Source: Girardia tigrina (Eukaryota). From it: a stretch of 64,000 nucleotides of DNA. The stretch is taken from NCBI GenBank assembly GCA_001938485.1, contig MQRK01178987.1:3053-67052 (forward strand), read 5' to 3'. The notes under the pieces are model-generated. The model made no database searches and had not been told where the DNA came from. It saw nothing but the letters and a program-made list of their open reading frames with translations. Every line of letters starts with the position of its first letter. The stretch's first letter is position 1. This document shows positions 1 to 14,288 of the stretch, piece after piece. The position numbers and the translations under genes are program-made.

Positions 1-2425
1 TGATAGATCTTCACCTTTACCCATTACAATCTATTACTTATATTTATATGAATTATAAGCCAAATATAAATAATATTACTTACAGTTTCATAAATTTGCC
101 AAATAATTGAAAATTAAAAGAATAGTGGTAATTTAAACCTGATTTATAGAAAAAGTGATAATTATCTGACTCAGCCTAAAATGGTGAAAATAATGATTTT
201 GTGTTTTTTTTTCAATTATAGCTATCATATTAATTTCTTTNNTTTAAAATATTGTTATATAACATGAGTAATATATATATACTAAATTACAGAGATATAT
301 CTTAAATAATAGAAAAGATAGGGCTTTATTTAAAAAAGTGATAATTATATGACTCAGACTGTAGTCTCATTAATTCATACCATTAATCATGAATGTCTTC
401 ACAAATTTTAGTAGGTGCTGACATTTCGTCAGTTTCTTTGATATCCAATCTCTGATCGGGAATTCTTACATGATTATCTTCAAATGTCTTTATAAAATAA
501 TCCACATTAAAAATATAGTCAAACGGCAAAGTTATTTGTTCTTTTACATTAGACATTCAAATTCAGTTAATGAATATTTTTATTTAATGAAAAGAAATCG
601 TTATCGTTAGCAATAATTTTATTTGATATCAAAATCTAATACAAATTGATGCATTAAAACAAATGCATAAATTTACCATTTTACATAATTTTAACAATAA
701 TAATAATAACAGTTTTTTTTCTTTTTCTTTCAACAAATTTAACAAATTAATTCCAAATTATCGAAATTCAAAACATTTCAACATAAAAAAACATCGGAGG
801 CTCATGACAGAAAGAATTACAAGTTTTTGAAAGACGATATCAAATTGTTGTTATGATTCAATTCAATTTTTAATAACATATTATAAAAAAACAAAACGGT
901 TTGGTTGCGACGGAATTCCATTCTCGAACAATGCTGATCTCACTTTACCATTGCTCTTAGCGTGGAGTCTCGTAAAATGACATTCTCTTGAAAGCCATCA
1001 CTGGTATTAATTTTGCCACACTTACAATGTCGATCTCCAGTTTCATTAAGTTTCTACCTTTAGTTGTCTTTTGATCACATGATATCATTCAATCAGTCCA
1101 AAGTGGATACATATGGTTCTTAATGGCTTGTTCAACTAGACATGAGGTTACTTCTTAAACATGATATGAGTATAAGTCAACCCCACCCGAAAAAAATGGA
1201 TTTAATTAAGCCTAAATTGTTCGGCTTATTAAAAAGAATTCACGAAATATTACTACTTAATGTAACTATAATAGCCTGTTCAATTAGTTTAGTGGACACA
1301 TTTAAGGTTTAAACTGTACTTAGGTGCTAAATGCACTACTAAACTCCTAGGAGGTTTATCATTAAAATATCTACTCAATATATTGTAATAATAAAATTAA
1401 AACTATAATTAAATTAATAAAATTAAATTAAAATTATAATAATAAAATTATTCATTAGATAGACACGGGAAAGTATCTAACAATGCAAGAACTTCAATAC
1501 CATTCGATGAAGCTTTGCAGGGAACGTTAAAATGAAGGCAGATAATTGATTTATAAATAAAATAGCTTAAATAGAAATTATTTATTCAGTATTTTATATT
1601 TACTTGTTATTTATAAATTATACTTGAGTTTATGAGGTTTTCTCTCTTGTCTATTTGTAGTTGGCTCAATAAAAATGCAATTTTCCTTATTCAATGAAAT
1701 AAAATAATAATTTATGTATATAATTATTGCAACACATTTGCTTGAAGGACGTACTTGTTTTTACGTATAATTTTAATATTCGAATAAATTAAATTACCAA
1801 AAAATATTTTAAATAAATATATTTTAAAGATCAAATTTCTTTTCCATATTGTTTGCAAAATATTCTTCATCAAAATACATTATATATTATTTATATCCCA
1901 ACAAAAGAGATAATTAATAATTCATGCAACCATTTTATAATGTACATCAGAGTGTCGATATGAACAAATTGTTGTTTCATTGGATTTTTGCTTACAAAAA
2001 TAGATGAACACATTTTCTGAAGAAACTATATAAAAAGTATTTTTTTAATCTTATTATTCGTTTATTCACAGACGGTTTTATTATTCTTTTAGAAATTTTA
2101 AAATAATTAAATGATATTTTATCGTAAAATTTTATAAAATAAAATAAAATTTTTAAAAATATCGTAATAAATAATAATTTAAAAAATATATTAAAAATTA
2201 TATTATGGATATGTTGTAAGTTCTATAAGTACCCGACCTAAGTTTAAAAAAAATAATAGTGCGACGATTTTTTGGCAAACTCATAAATATTTAGAATTTT
2301 TAAAATTTAAGACTGTAAAATAAAAAAATAAAATAAAATAAAGATTGTATAATAATTTTTACATTTCAGGAAGTTATCAATATTTAAAGTTATCAATATC
2401 AATTGTGGCAGACTAATTACCGGAA

Positions 2426-3430
2426 TTGGAATTTACTATAAATGCATCAAAACAAAAGACGATTGGGTGCAGTCCAGCAGAAGTCGTGTTTGGGAAGAAA
2501 ATAGACAGACAAAAGTGGTATGATAACAGCAAAATAAACCGGGAGGATACCAGATTAAGATTAAAAGGAAAAAACAAGCCAGAGGAAAATGTGATGCGAA
2601 GAATTTATAAGTTTGGCAAAAAGGTCTGGATACAAAGGAGAATAGAACGAAAGGAGAAGACAGATTTGAGGACTCATATAAAATTATAGAAAAGATTCAC
2701 GAAAGAAGTTACAAGTTGGAAGACAAAAAGGGTAGATAAATTATTCTAAATGTTGAAAAAATCAAATATTTGAAAAACGAGGGGGTACATTAGGGGTTTT
2801 TGGTGAACTTTATATTTTTGCAATTTTTAAATTGAAAATCATATTTATAGTTAAGATAAGTTAAAATAATTTTACACTAGTTTTAGAAAATCAAATTAAA
2901 AAAATTGAAAGTCTAATTAAAATAAATTTGTATAATTTAAGTTCAAATCAAAATGAAAATAAATATTTTTACAAAAAAATTAATTTTCAGAAATATATAT
3001 TAAACAATATTTTATAAATAATGTTGAAGTTTATAAAATAAAAAAATCATAATGTTTTATGGAAATTAATTGTAAACTGGAAGTTATGTTAAAAAACTTA
3101 TAATTGAATGTTTTAAAAATTAAAGAAGAATAAAAATTATTTAGGACTCTAATTTTAACAGTAGATGTTCCATCAAAATATTTTAAAGATCTAAAATTAT
3201 ATTTAAGTTAATAAACATTGTAAAAATAAAACAAAAAATATGATTTATACAAAACTTAATAAAATAACATTTACATATATCGATATTATTATTTATATTT
3301 AGAATTTTAAAAATCTGGTTTATGTAAACTGAAATATTGTTCCTCAAAAATTTGTTTGGAAAATGTAATATATGATAGAAATAAAGTTTGCAAATTAATG
3401 GATTTTGATTTCAATCTCGAACCCAAAAAG
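2426..3430 (+). mobile_element. Ty3/Gypsy remnant: integrase C-terminal region, polypurine tract and AT-rich LTR
   Basis: ORF 2426-2689 (EFTINAS..TIGCSPAEVVFG) is typical of the post-catalytic integrase region. Purine tract AAAACGAGGGGG at about 2774-2785 is followed by an AT-rich segment (about 2790-3430) that recurs at 59493-59985/61047-61170 and 63742-63890. Confidence 0.7.
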
Positions 3431-3560
3431 CATGAAAACTGAAAAAGAAAAGAAGAGAAAAAAGAATGTAGATATATTGAGAATATAAATGTTTAACATA
3501 AATTATAAAGAATTGAAAAGACAACGGTATTGAATTTTGCATAAAAAATAAAAATGTACA

Positions 3561-3905
3561 GTGCCTATTGGACACAGGGACTCGAGTCAACGTATTAGAG
3601 CAGAAATAATCAGATATATGAGAGATTTCAAAATCAAAGAAACAAAAAAACATGTACACTGTGCAAATGATTCAGAACATATAAACTATGGAATTGTGCA
3701 ACTACAAGTGGTAATGGAAAAGATAGAGAAAGCGATTGATGTTTTTGTAGTCAAAGATCCGGAAATAATTGCAGGGGTAGGTTTTTTGGACAAATTTGGA
3801 ATAAAATTGAAGAAAGAACCATCTCCCATCGAGAAGGTACTAGTAATACGAGACAACTCCTCCGATGAGGATAGACTAAAAAATAAAACAGCTGTACGAA
3901 AATAA
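3561..3905 (+). pseudogene. Degenerate Gypsy gag/protease fragment
   Basis: IIAGVGFLDKFGI resembles the ILGxDFL C-terminal motif of retropepsins. It lies directly after the LTR-like segment. Confidence 0.4.
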
Positions 3906-4460
3906 AATAAACGACCAACTAATGGAACTTTTATCGGAATATATTGAATTGTAAATTAAATTTGTTTAAATAATAAGACGTTTAAAAATAAAATTAAATT
4001 TATCAATCAAGAACGAAGAAGTGTCGTAGTAGCAATTCAAGTTTTGATACAAATACATGTATTATAAATCCAATTAGTGTTCTTAATAATAATTATTGCA
4101 AAATAGCACCGTCGGTTGTAAGTTTCTTTGCGATTATATTCAGTGTATAATCGCAGAGGTAATTAACATGACATGGATATGATGTCAGCAAGCATGTACA
4201 TGGTATGGTAATTCTATTACATGTCTCGATGATTAATGAATAACGAGGTACACATCGCAGCATATCATTGAGCGAGATAAGCGCACAAACACATCCGTTC
4301 ACTCACAGACAGGCAGCCATCGTTTGACACTTATTTAAGAACTAAAAAGCGTTGACAGTAGCAGGCTTTTAACTTTTCGTATGTTGATAAAAGATAGGAA
4401 ATACTTGTGTCCTTGTTAATATGTTTGCATCTAAAAAGTAGTTATATCTAAAAATGATTA

Positions 4461-4914
4461 CAGGTAGTCGTCGACTTACGACCTATGCAACTTACGACCA
4501 CAATCGCTAGCCACGGCGTACGACAGTGCATACCAGGTTCCGGTAGCACTACCATATATGCGTGTACCATTTCAACTGTAATCCCATCTGTCTTAGATAT
4601 TTTTCATCAAATCCTTCCCAAGATGTCTACCAAGAGGAAGTTGTCTTTGTCTACGCCTGTCTTTATCTACACCAGCGACCAATAAAATGTTTCATACATG
4701 TCTATATATTTGTATATGTTATGTTTTGCAATTGGAAAAATGTTTCCTATTGTATTTTTTAAACCTGTATTTTGTAATTTTGTATGTTTTGCAAATATTA
4801 AACCAGTTGTACCAGTTGCACAGTACTGTACATATAGCCTACTCAACTTACGACCAAATCGTGTTACGACCGGTCTGTCGGAACCAATCGTGGTCGTAAG
4901 TCGACGACTACCTG
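4461..4914. mobile_element. Tc1/pogo (Tigger-like) MITE
   Basis: 23-bp perfect TIRs CAGGTAGTCGTCGACTTACGACC / GGTCGTAAGTCGACGACTACCTG flanked by TA on both sides; internal ACTTACGACC subrepeats; no coding capacity. Confidence 0.92.
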
Positions 4915-5450
4915 TATATCTAAAAAATACTGATCCTCTTCGATCTCACGAATTAGATAACACATATATAGATATTTAGTGAAAATATACTCGTAAACAT
5001 ATACTTAGGTAACATATGAGGTTATCAACACTCTAAGGTCTTTATGATTAAAACATATCTACAAAGCTGAAATTGCCTTCTCTGAAGTTTGTAAACGAAA
5101 GTTGAATTATGCCAATGATAACGATAGGTTCTTTCAAAAATTAATATTACCTGTTTATTACTTGAGCTACATTGTTTCAGTAAAAGTCAAGCAATTATGA
5201 TCACTAGCAAGATCTGTGTCTACTAAACTGAAGTACCAATATTAACTATCGGGACAATCTTTAATATACCAATCTTTGAAGTACCAATACTAACCTTTAA
5301 CTAAAACAAAATATGATAATATATATATTATTTAAAGCAATTAACACACGTAAATGAAACTCTGTTATAATATAAAAATGATCTTGTTTATTATAGAACA
5401 TTGTGCTGTGAACTAAAATGATTAAAAAGAATTTCAAAATTTTACAATAA

Positions 5451-5515
5451 ATATTATATTATATTATATTATATTATATTATATTATATTATATTATATT
5501 ATATTATAATATATT
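5451..5515. repeat. (ATATT)n microsatellite
   Basis: Direct reading. Confidence 0.95.
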
Positions 5516-6126
5516 GTATTATGTATATTTCAAAAGATATTCTAGTAGAGACATTCTAAAACATTATTTAATTCGTGGTTAATAAAATTGTTCAATCGAA
5601 ATGGTTTTAATATATTAAATTAAATTTTATGCTTCCTTGTTACCCATAAATAAAGTTATAAAAGTCATATAGTATTTCTTACTTAAAAATGAAAATCCCC
5701 ATTCATTCTCTTTCCACATTTAAGATGTGACTTGCAAAAGTAATTAATTTGGCTAAGAAATACGACCAGACATTTTCCTTTTGACAAAAAATTAAAGAAA
5801 ATAAATATTATTATATCATAAATATAATTGGTAATTTAAAAATTAAAATACTGAAAAACAAAATTTTTTGGTTGAAACTGAAAAGAAAAATCGTAAAAAA
5901 GGCAAATATTTTTAAACCCATAAAATCTTTATAATAAATAAAATATTTAAAAAAATATGTCGTTAAAAAAATTATTTTTAGAAAGTTATTCATTATAAAT
6001 TGTCATCACAGCAAAATATGCTAAATATAAATTTACAAAAAGATAAATTATCAAATGGAAATTTTTATCCATCGATGATATGAATAATAAGTTAAATATT
6101 TACGGAGAAAAAATAGTCGACTATTA

Positions 6127-6161
<35 letters not shown>

Positions 6162-7921
6162 GTTGTAGTTATGGTTTTTATAAAGTTAAAATTGTCAGAA
6201 ACGTTTTTGATTTTGCATTAGAGCAAAAATTTGAAGGAAAGTAAATACAAATTATCCACAATCAACTATCTCAATTTTTCAGTTCAAATAACTAATTATT
6301 TTTATTAAGAACACCAAAGTGACTGTTAATATTTTTATTAGTATAACAAGTTTGAATGTCCTCAAGACCATCTTTGTCCAAGCTTTCGTACATTTGCATC
6401 CTTCTAATTGATTTATGACTTTAATTTTATTATCTAAGTAAATTGAGATTAAATAATTCGTTAAACTATTTACTACAAATTTTATTGATTAAAAATTAAA
6501 ATAAATATTTATTATCAAAAAATATTAATTTAACTTATTTTGTTTAAAAAAATTACAATTATTTTAAATTAGAAAATGATTTAAATATTTCATAATTTCA
6601 GATAATAAGAATTCAAATATTGATCATCCATCTGATTAGGAGAGACACAATCCCAAATCAACACACAACATTCAAGAACGAAATATCAAACGTCCCAAGT
6701 ATTCCTCACAATTTTAGTCCTAACTTCCATGTAAAAGTGATCAAAATATTTTCATTGATTAACACATTTGTTGTTAAATTAGTGCATTAGATTGTTTACC
6801 AAGTAAATGGTTGCAAATTTGTTGTGATTAATGTTAAAAACACGGAGATATATAGCATATTTTAAAAATGTAACTTATTTTAATCATTATAATTATAAAA
6901 GATTTGTATGTTTTGATATTAATGTTAGTGTTCTTTGCAAAGTCTTTTGTCCAAAGTCAACGTAAAGATTACCAAAGTCCTTAATTTCATCTGTTAACAA
7001 AAATTTGTCCAGTTAAAAGATTTATAATAACTGTTTAAATATTATTAAAACTGATCATATAAATATTATTAAAACTCTTATAAAAAATGGTAAGTACATT
7101 GTTTGACAGAACCTTCATCAGGAATGTTCATTCTTGAAAACATATGTCTAACAACATCAAAGTAATATCCGAAAGCAACCAGAAAATGAACCTTCAATCT
7201 CTAAAAATTAGTACATCTTTAAATATTTATATAAAATCAAATATCCAACTTTATGTACAAAACTTATGACAAACAATATAAAAATATAATAAGTAAATCA
7301 TTGAAAGATTGTGAAAATTTGAGAGATAGTTAAATGGATTAAATGATATATATTTTGCTAAAACTTACTTTTAATTTAATAAAATCTTATGAAAACTCTT
7401 TTGAGTGTTTAAGAAATATTAATTGAATTAGTAGAAAATTGTTGTCCAAGCTTTTACAACAGTCAAATTTGATAATTGTCTCAGAAAATTCAATTTTCGC
7501 TTGCTGAGAATTTTTTTAACACTGATCACATATGGCCGATCGGTTTCTTTTGATTTGGATGAATTATATCAGTCTTAGTTTTCTGTCTCATTGAAATTCA
7601 TTTATCTTTGAATGTTGCAATCTTCATAATTATCGTATTTTCATGTATATGACCCATGGGTCATGTGTGATTTTATCTTCGTCTAACGCCACTCACTGGG
7701 TATGAATACCATGGCGGGGATCCCTTAAAATATTTTACATGAGAGAAACTAACATTTCATATTGACAAATAACGGGTAATGTATGATTTTAGTTACTCCA
7801 AATGTCCCTGAAGAGGATAAACTATGTTGGTTACATGCGTGAAAAAACGGTACTTAAAATTTAAAGTTTTAAATATTCTAAATATTCTCTTTTCCTAGTT
7901 CACTTTCATCAAAGTCTTTAA

Positions 7922-8057
7922 CACATTGAATGCTGAGTACGAGATATCTCGTACTTCAATATTCATTAGTTAGACGCTAAGTACGAGATATCTCGTACTT
8001 TGGCTTACATTACTAAGACGCTAAGTACGAGATATCTCGTACTCAGCATTCAATGTG
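7922..8057. mobile_element. piggyBac-type MITE
   Basis: TTAA on both sides; TIRs CACATTGAATGCTGAGTACGAGATATCTCGTACT; three copies of the palindrome AGTACGAGATATCTCGTACT. Confidence 0.85.
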
Positions 8058-9264
8058 TTAAATGCTAAAAAGGCAACAATGTTCGATCATATTTTTTACG
8101 CGTAGCGCGCGTAGCAGACGTTCGGTGCATGATGTCAACAGCAGTCAATGTGTTAATTACCGTATATTTCAGCGTATAAGACGACACTTCATCCCTAAAA
8201 AATGTCCCAAACAACAATCTAACAATAACACAAATGGAATCTTTGATCATGTGATCTTCAAATTAACGCTTAATCATTGAGCTTTCAGATTGAACTTAAA
8301 CATAAAAAAATTGTACAAAGTAAAAAAAAAGATTTGTTTCCAAATATCATTTACTGTTTCCTAAATAATGTTCTAATTTCAATTTGGTTCAAATAATGTT
8401 ACAACCCTTTGAATGCCTAAGGGTTGGATTGGGGATCAAATTGCAGAAGATGGTGTCGAAATTGTAAGCAAATAATGTAGTTAATTGGGAGTCAAGAAAT
8501 GTACAACCGTTCTGTCATGAATTCTGAAAACATTTCTTTCTTCTGGATTATATTTTAAATCGTTTAACTTAGAGAAATAAGAGTAATACCCTATAATAAA
8601 GACAAACTCAAAATGCAAGTCGATCATAGACATTGGAGTCAAAAATAAAAGCTTGTCAAATTCGGTATTAATATTTGAGCTTGGAGACGTACAAATATCT
8701 TAGAGCTGTTGGAAAATTTCAAAGGTTGAGGTTATTTTGATTTCGTGGCTAAATGCGTCTTTATATGAAAACCAGATTTGTGAATGGTTAAAATGCCTAA
8801 CAAATTTGAATTATCTCGATTATCTTGGAAGAAAAAAACCTGCACAAAGCCGCATTTAAATATATATCATTAAAGAAGCTTTAATCAAAGCCTTTTTTTA
8901 TGAATAGATTCAAAACTTGGTGAAAGATCATATATAACTTTACTATAAATATAAATAACAATAAATAATACGGCAGAGATAGAGATATTTATATATATAA
9001 AGTTTATTTTTCACAATTTTATTCAAAACACAATCTCCGCTTTCGGAATTCCTTCTTTTTATTTTTCTGATTGGAAATCAGACATTATTTAAAAAAATTA
9101 TTTAAAAATATTAACTTAGTGACTGCTCAAATAACCAGAGTAAATTTTCGTCCTTTTTGGAAGTCTCCACCGACAAAAAAACTAAAATATTTTAATACAA
9201 CTAAATATACTCACAATTATTATTATTTATTTATTATTACAAATTATTATTATTTATTTATTTA

Positions 9265-9269
<5 letters not shown>

Positions 9270-9308
<39 letters not shown>

Positions 9309-9410
9309 TGTAGAGGTATTTATCTCATTTGTTTGAATCGGTGATTCGTCACCGTAATTTTCGTTTTCGAAATAAATCTTGCTGCAACCGCATTGCCTTT
9401 TACTTTATTA

Positions 9411-9471
<61 letters not shown>

Positions 9472-9475
9472 GTTA
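9270..9475. repeat. (TTA)n microsatellites, two tracts
   Basis: Direct reading; explains the poly-Y, poly-L and poly-I ORFs in the track. Confidence 0.95.
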
Positions 9476-10252
9476 TTAATATTGTTACATTTTACTTTAT
9501 TTTATTCATTTTATTTTGGGACATTTTTATATTTTATATTTATTATCAATATAGGAAGTTAAGTCAGATTATCAAAAACCAGTTAACAAAGGGAACGCCG
9601 AAGAAATCTACGTTGCGGATTTTTCTCAATAAGAATATTCAACCGTATTAATTTGAACCACAAGTCGTTAAAAGTAAATAACTTGTCAGACTGAACTGAA
9701 AATATTTTCATTTTGAAAATAATAAGACCAGTTTCGAGAAGGAGTAAATAAACTAATAAACTCTGACAAACTGACATTAACGAAGTCCAAAAGCCTGTTT
9801 CATACTACGTTTATCTGAAAAATTGATTATTCTAGGCTTATCTGTGATAATTCATACGTAGTTTTATGATATATTCTAAAAATCATACTTTGATAATATT
9901 TTGACGTGTCAACTTATTTACCTGGATATCATATGCAAAAGACGAATAAATAATGTGTAAAAATAACTGTTTTCATTAAAATTAATTAGTAATTAGTCGT
10001 AATACTTAATAAATATTAATAAAATAGTGTTGTTAATAGAATACACATTTATTTCAACATTTATTACAATTATAAATTTGATCTTCTTTATGACAATCCG
10101 TAATATTGCCTTCACTGAAAATATTTGAAAATGATTATTTGAATTAATAATTTACAAATTAAAAAATAAACAATTAAAAATTGACAATCATAATAGATTG
10201 GGATAAAGAAAAGAAATAAAATTCATCTGTTTAAATTGATAATTTGAAGTAT

Positions 10253-11395
10253 TGTAGAATTATTTGAATAAATATTGTTCTCGTGTTTATTGTTCTGTTT
10301 TGCAGTAACTACAAGCTGTCGCGGCAATGAATAACCATAAATTCACGGACGCAGTGAGAACATTCAACAGATCCGGGAATTTGGGATATTGGTGCTAGAA
10401 GTTAGAGGCGTCCTCAGTCATTTACTGTTGGTCGCTCATTCGAACTGTTCTCGGGATTGCCAGTCAAAGAGTAAGACGATTTCGAGACAAACTAAGCAGC
10501 ATTGGTAGTTGCATTCGGACCAGATCCGAGAATCGCTTTACGAGGAATTTGAAAATTGGAGCCTTCGCCACGGCGAATCAATCAAAGAATTCGTGGCTGC
10601 ATTACGGCTTCTTGCAACTATTATATGCCAATTTTTTTATTAAACAAGCATTCTTAAAAGGTTCTCCTCTGGTTTGAAGAAAGAAGGTTTCTCCTTCTTC
10701 TCCCTGATGTGGTAAGGCATATCGCATCAGAGGCGGAAAAATCACAGTCTACTTTGCAAGAATTAATCCCAGTGGTGCATATGCTGCTCCAGGCCGGTAA
10801 ACCGGTGTAAACAGATGAAACCATTTCGACCGGAATGGCAAGTGCATCGGATCAGACGGCTGTAGCAGTTACCAGTGAAGCAAAATCCGCGGTAACCGAA
10901 AGATGTTTCAAATGCAGCAAAATAGGGCATACGAAGAACAAGTACGAGGTGAAATGGACTCAACCGAGTATCATATCAAATTTGGTCAGATGTTGCTACC
11001 TGTGTTGCAGCAGAAATCATCTTTCTGCAATCAGCACTCGACTCTACAGTAATGCAGGAAACGAGTAGCAGCCCACCACTGTTGTGCGGGTGGGACGTCT
11101 GCAAGGAGTAGTACGCAGTTTCCGATAGTCGAGGTAAGCATTGAAGTTAAAATTATGAGAGCACTAGTAGGCACGGGCAGTTCGACAACGATGGTGGAGT
11201 AGTGACTAATAAATCCAGAGCACGTGAAAAAAATTTCAGAATTTTCGCAAACAGTATGCGGGCCATCAGATGTGCGAAAAGTGGCGTAGACAAATATGGA
11301 GATGCGTGAACATCGAATACGGTATTCGACATGACTGCTGGACGACCTCAGTTGAATAGGAGTTGGTATTTTGCTTGGGATGGACTTCATAGCGA
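10253..11395 (+). mobile_element. Degenerate LTR retrotransposon 5' half (short LTR, non-canonical PBS, gag, zinc knuckles, protease), related to 40068-43875
   Basis: TGTAG...CTACA at 10253-10313, then AGCTGTCGCGGC and an ATG at 10327. Motifs RCFKCSKIGH, FPIVEVSIEVKIMRALVGTGSSTT and ILLGMDFI with stops and frameshifts. Confidence 0.75.
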
Positions 11396-11892
11396 TTTTT
11401 AAACTGCGTTTTCTATATCCTCATTGGCTAATTAAGACATTCAGTAAAGGACAAGAAAAATCATAGTATTTGTTCAATGTATTTTCTAGTTTAAGGAAGG
11501 TAAGGCAGCTTAAAGTATCATCCGAACATATGAGGTTTCAGCATGCCTTTATAATTAATTGTATGGTATACTTATCCCTTATGGTAAAAAGACTCAGTCT
11601 TCCAAGTTCTTTGGAAGTATGTAAGTATTTGTTAGAGAATGTCGAATTGGTTCCACAAACATTGTTTGTCTGATTTAATAATCAACACCACTCTTAAAAC
11701 AGCTATAATATTATTTTATGTCCATAATCTGTTATGGGTATTATAATTACGAAAACATATCTTTTACAATTCAATTTTACACAAATGAAAATCAATTTCA
11801 CATTATTGAAAATCAATTTCACATTAACAAAAATCAATTTCACGAAAATATAGATATGAAAACATAAATGAAAATAAATATCAAATGTAAAT

Positions 11893-13347
11893 ATTAAGTT
11901 GCGGAAAAAGAAATCCATTATTTTGGCGTGAAATCCAAAACTTTATTTAACATGTTTCGGATTGTCCTCTTGGAGTCAAATATGCACAGTTTTGTTGTAT
12001 AATTAGTTGCCATTTTTAAGGTAGTTTCATAGTGCCTCTCTCGTAGAAGTCTTGGTCCTTATTGACAAGAAACTGTAGTAATCGATTTTCACAATCTTAT
12101 ATTGATCCCAATTTCTTATCACTCAGGAAATTTTGCAATGCGAGAAAAAGGTATTAATCGCTTAGTGCCATGTCCGGACTATATGGTGGATGCATTAAAA
12201 CTTCACAATCAAGCTCCCTGAGTTTCTGGAGAGTCACTACAGATGTATGTGGTCTGGCGTTGTCGTGATGGAACACAAAACCTCATCTGTTGGCCAATTC
12301 TGGTCATTTCTCATTAATTGCTATCTTCAAACGGTCCAGTTGTTGACAGTACAGATCTGAATTTAGTGTTTGGCCATAAGGAAGCAACTCATAATAAATG
12401 ATTCCTTTCCAATCCCACCAAATACACAGTAGAACCTTCTTGGCCATTAGTCCTGGTTGGGCGACCTTTTTAGGTGCTTCACCGTGCTTTGATCATGATT
12501 GTTTTCATACAATATTGTCGTATGTGACCCATTTCTCATCAACAGTAACCATCTGTTTAAGAAATGGGTCGATTACATTTCCTTTGACCAAGGCTTCGCA
12601 GATGTAAATTCGATCCATCATGTTTTCTGGTGTTAATTGGTGTGGAACCCAAACATTAAGTTTCTTTTTGAATCCTGCTTTGCTCAAATGGTTTAAACCG
12701 TTTTGTGGTCGATCTCCTGTGCGATGCTACGACTACTAACATGCCGGTCAACTTCGATCATTTCCGAGATTTTATCGACATTTTCAACGATAGGCCAGCA
12801 TTTGCGAGGTGCATCTTTAACATCAAAAATGCCTCCACGGAATCAACGAAACCAAAATTGCGTGTAATTAGCTGTTACAGTATTGGCACCATAAGCTCCA
12901 TTCACAGTAACAGCCACCTGGCTTGCATTTTCGCCTTTATCAAATAAAAACTGTAAAATGTACCGATTTTTTTCTTTGTTGACTTCCATTTTTAACAATA
13001 TAAATATGAAAACATAAATGAAAATAAATATCAAATGTAAATATTAGGTTGGGGAAAAAGAAATCCATTATTTTGGCGCGAAATTCAAAACTTTATTTAA
13101 CATGTTTCGGATTGTCCTCGTGGAGTCAAATATGTACCGTTTTGTTGTATAATTAGTTGCCATTTTGAAGGTAGCTTCATAATGCCTCTCTCAAAACTCA
13201 GAACTGAATAAAAAAAAGCAAAAAAAATTGTGAAATAACTGTGAAATGTTACCTTGACAAAGAGCATAAATTTGAAATTGTTTGATCGATAAATAAAGTA
13301 TTAAAATAATGGATTAAAATAATGGATTACTTTTTCCCCAACCTAAT
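11893..13347 (-). mobile_element. mariner (DD34D, probably cecropia subfamily) element, degenerate, with internal duplication
   Basis: TIR TTARGTTGSGGAAAAAGAAATCCATTA at about 11894 and 13044, and its inverse at about 13320-13347. Transposase from ATG 12989 (MEVNKEK..ENASQ, WVPHQLT, VTVDEKW, HHDNARPH, HPPYSPD). Confidence 0.92.
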
Positions 13348-13421
13348 ATTTCATGAATTATAATATATTAGAATATTATAAAAGAATTTCTTGAATTTCA
13401 TTTTTTGCACTTTTGATGCAG

Positions 13422-13471
<50 letters not shown>

Positions 13472-13853
13472 AACATTTAATCAATTTATAAAAAATATCA
13501 ATCATCATGCTACGCGGAAAATATAATAAACATGACAGAAGTACCCGACGAAAAATTTTAGAACTCTATGAGAATGGAGGTGATTGGAAGTCAGCGTGCA
13601 AGCTCAATAAAATAAATACAAGAACAGCTTACGACTGGATTCGCAACAATCAAAATGAGCCACTTGCAAAAGGAGGGTGCAGAAAAACTAAAAAGGCACA
13701 AGAAGTTGTCGACACTCTGATACAGTAGATTGAGGAAGACTGTCAAATAACTTCAAAACACTGTGTCGATCGTCTGGTAGAGGAATTCGGTATTAGAGTG
13801 TGCATCAACACAGTCAAAAACTGGTTAGATTGTGAGTTAATTTCAGTTAAGGA

Positions 13854-14288
13854 TATTAAGAACATTATTCGAGTTTTCATTTCATTTATTTGCATCACAA
13901 TTAGAATTGCTACTACAATAATTCTCCGTAAAACTTGCGTAGCTCGTCATCGTTCTTGATTCATAATTTTTAACTAATATTCTTTAACCTCTTATTATTC
14001 GAACAAATTTAAATTACAATTTAATTATTACAAAAATAATTTATACTTTAAATTAAAAATAAATTTCATTTATTTTAAGAAAATTATTATTAAAATTATT
14101 AAATTATTATTTATGAAATATTAATTTAATTTTAAAATTGGTTATCTAAATTTTAATAATTGATTAAATAATCCGACGTTTTAAATTTTTTAAAATATCA
14201 ATCTTCGATCTAGGTGGGAGAACAAAACAAAAATAAAACAAAATACCAAACAACGCACAATAAACTACATTCAAAAATATTCCTCACA
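13854..14288 (-). mobile_element. Solo LTR inserted in the Tc1-like transposase
   Basis: 5-bp TSD AAGGA (13849-13853 and 14289-14293). End ATTCCTCACA is the reverse complement of TGTGAGGAAT, also seen at about 6701 and 56370. The transposase reading resumes after it. Confidence 0.75.

Noticed and set aside
7806-7850. CTGAAGA motifs at 7808 and 25800, and CTGATGA at 61538, as hammerheads
   Set aside because: No stem II closing onto a GAAA.
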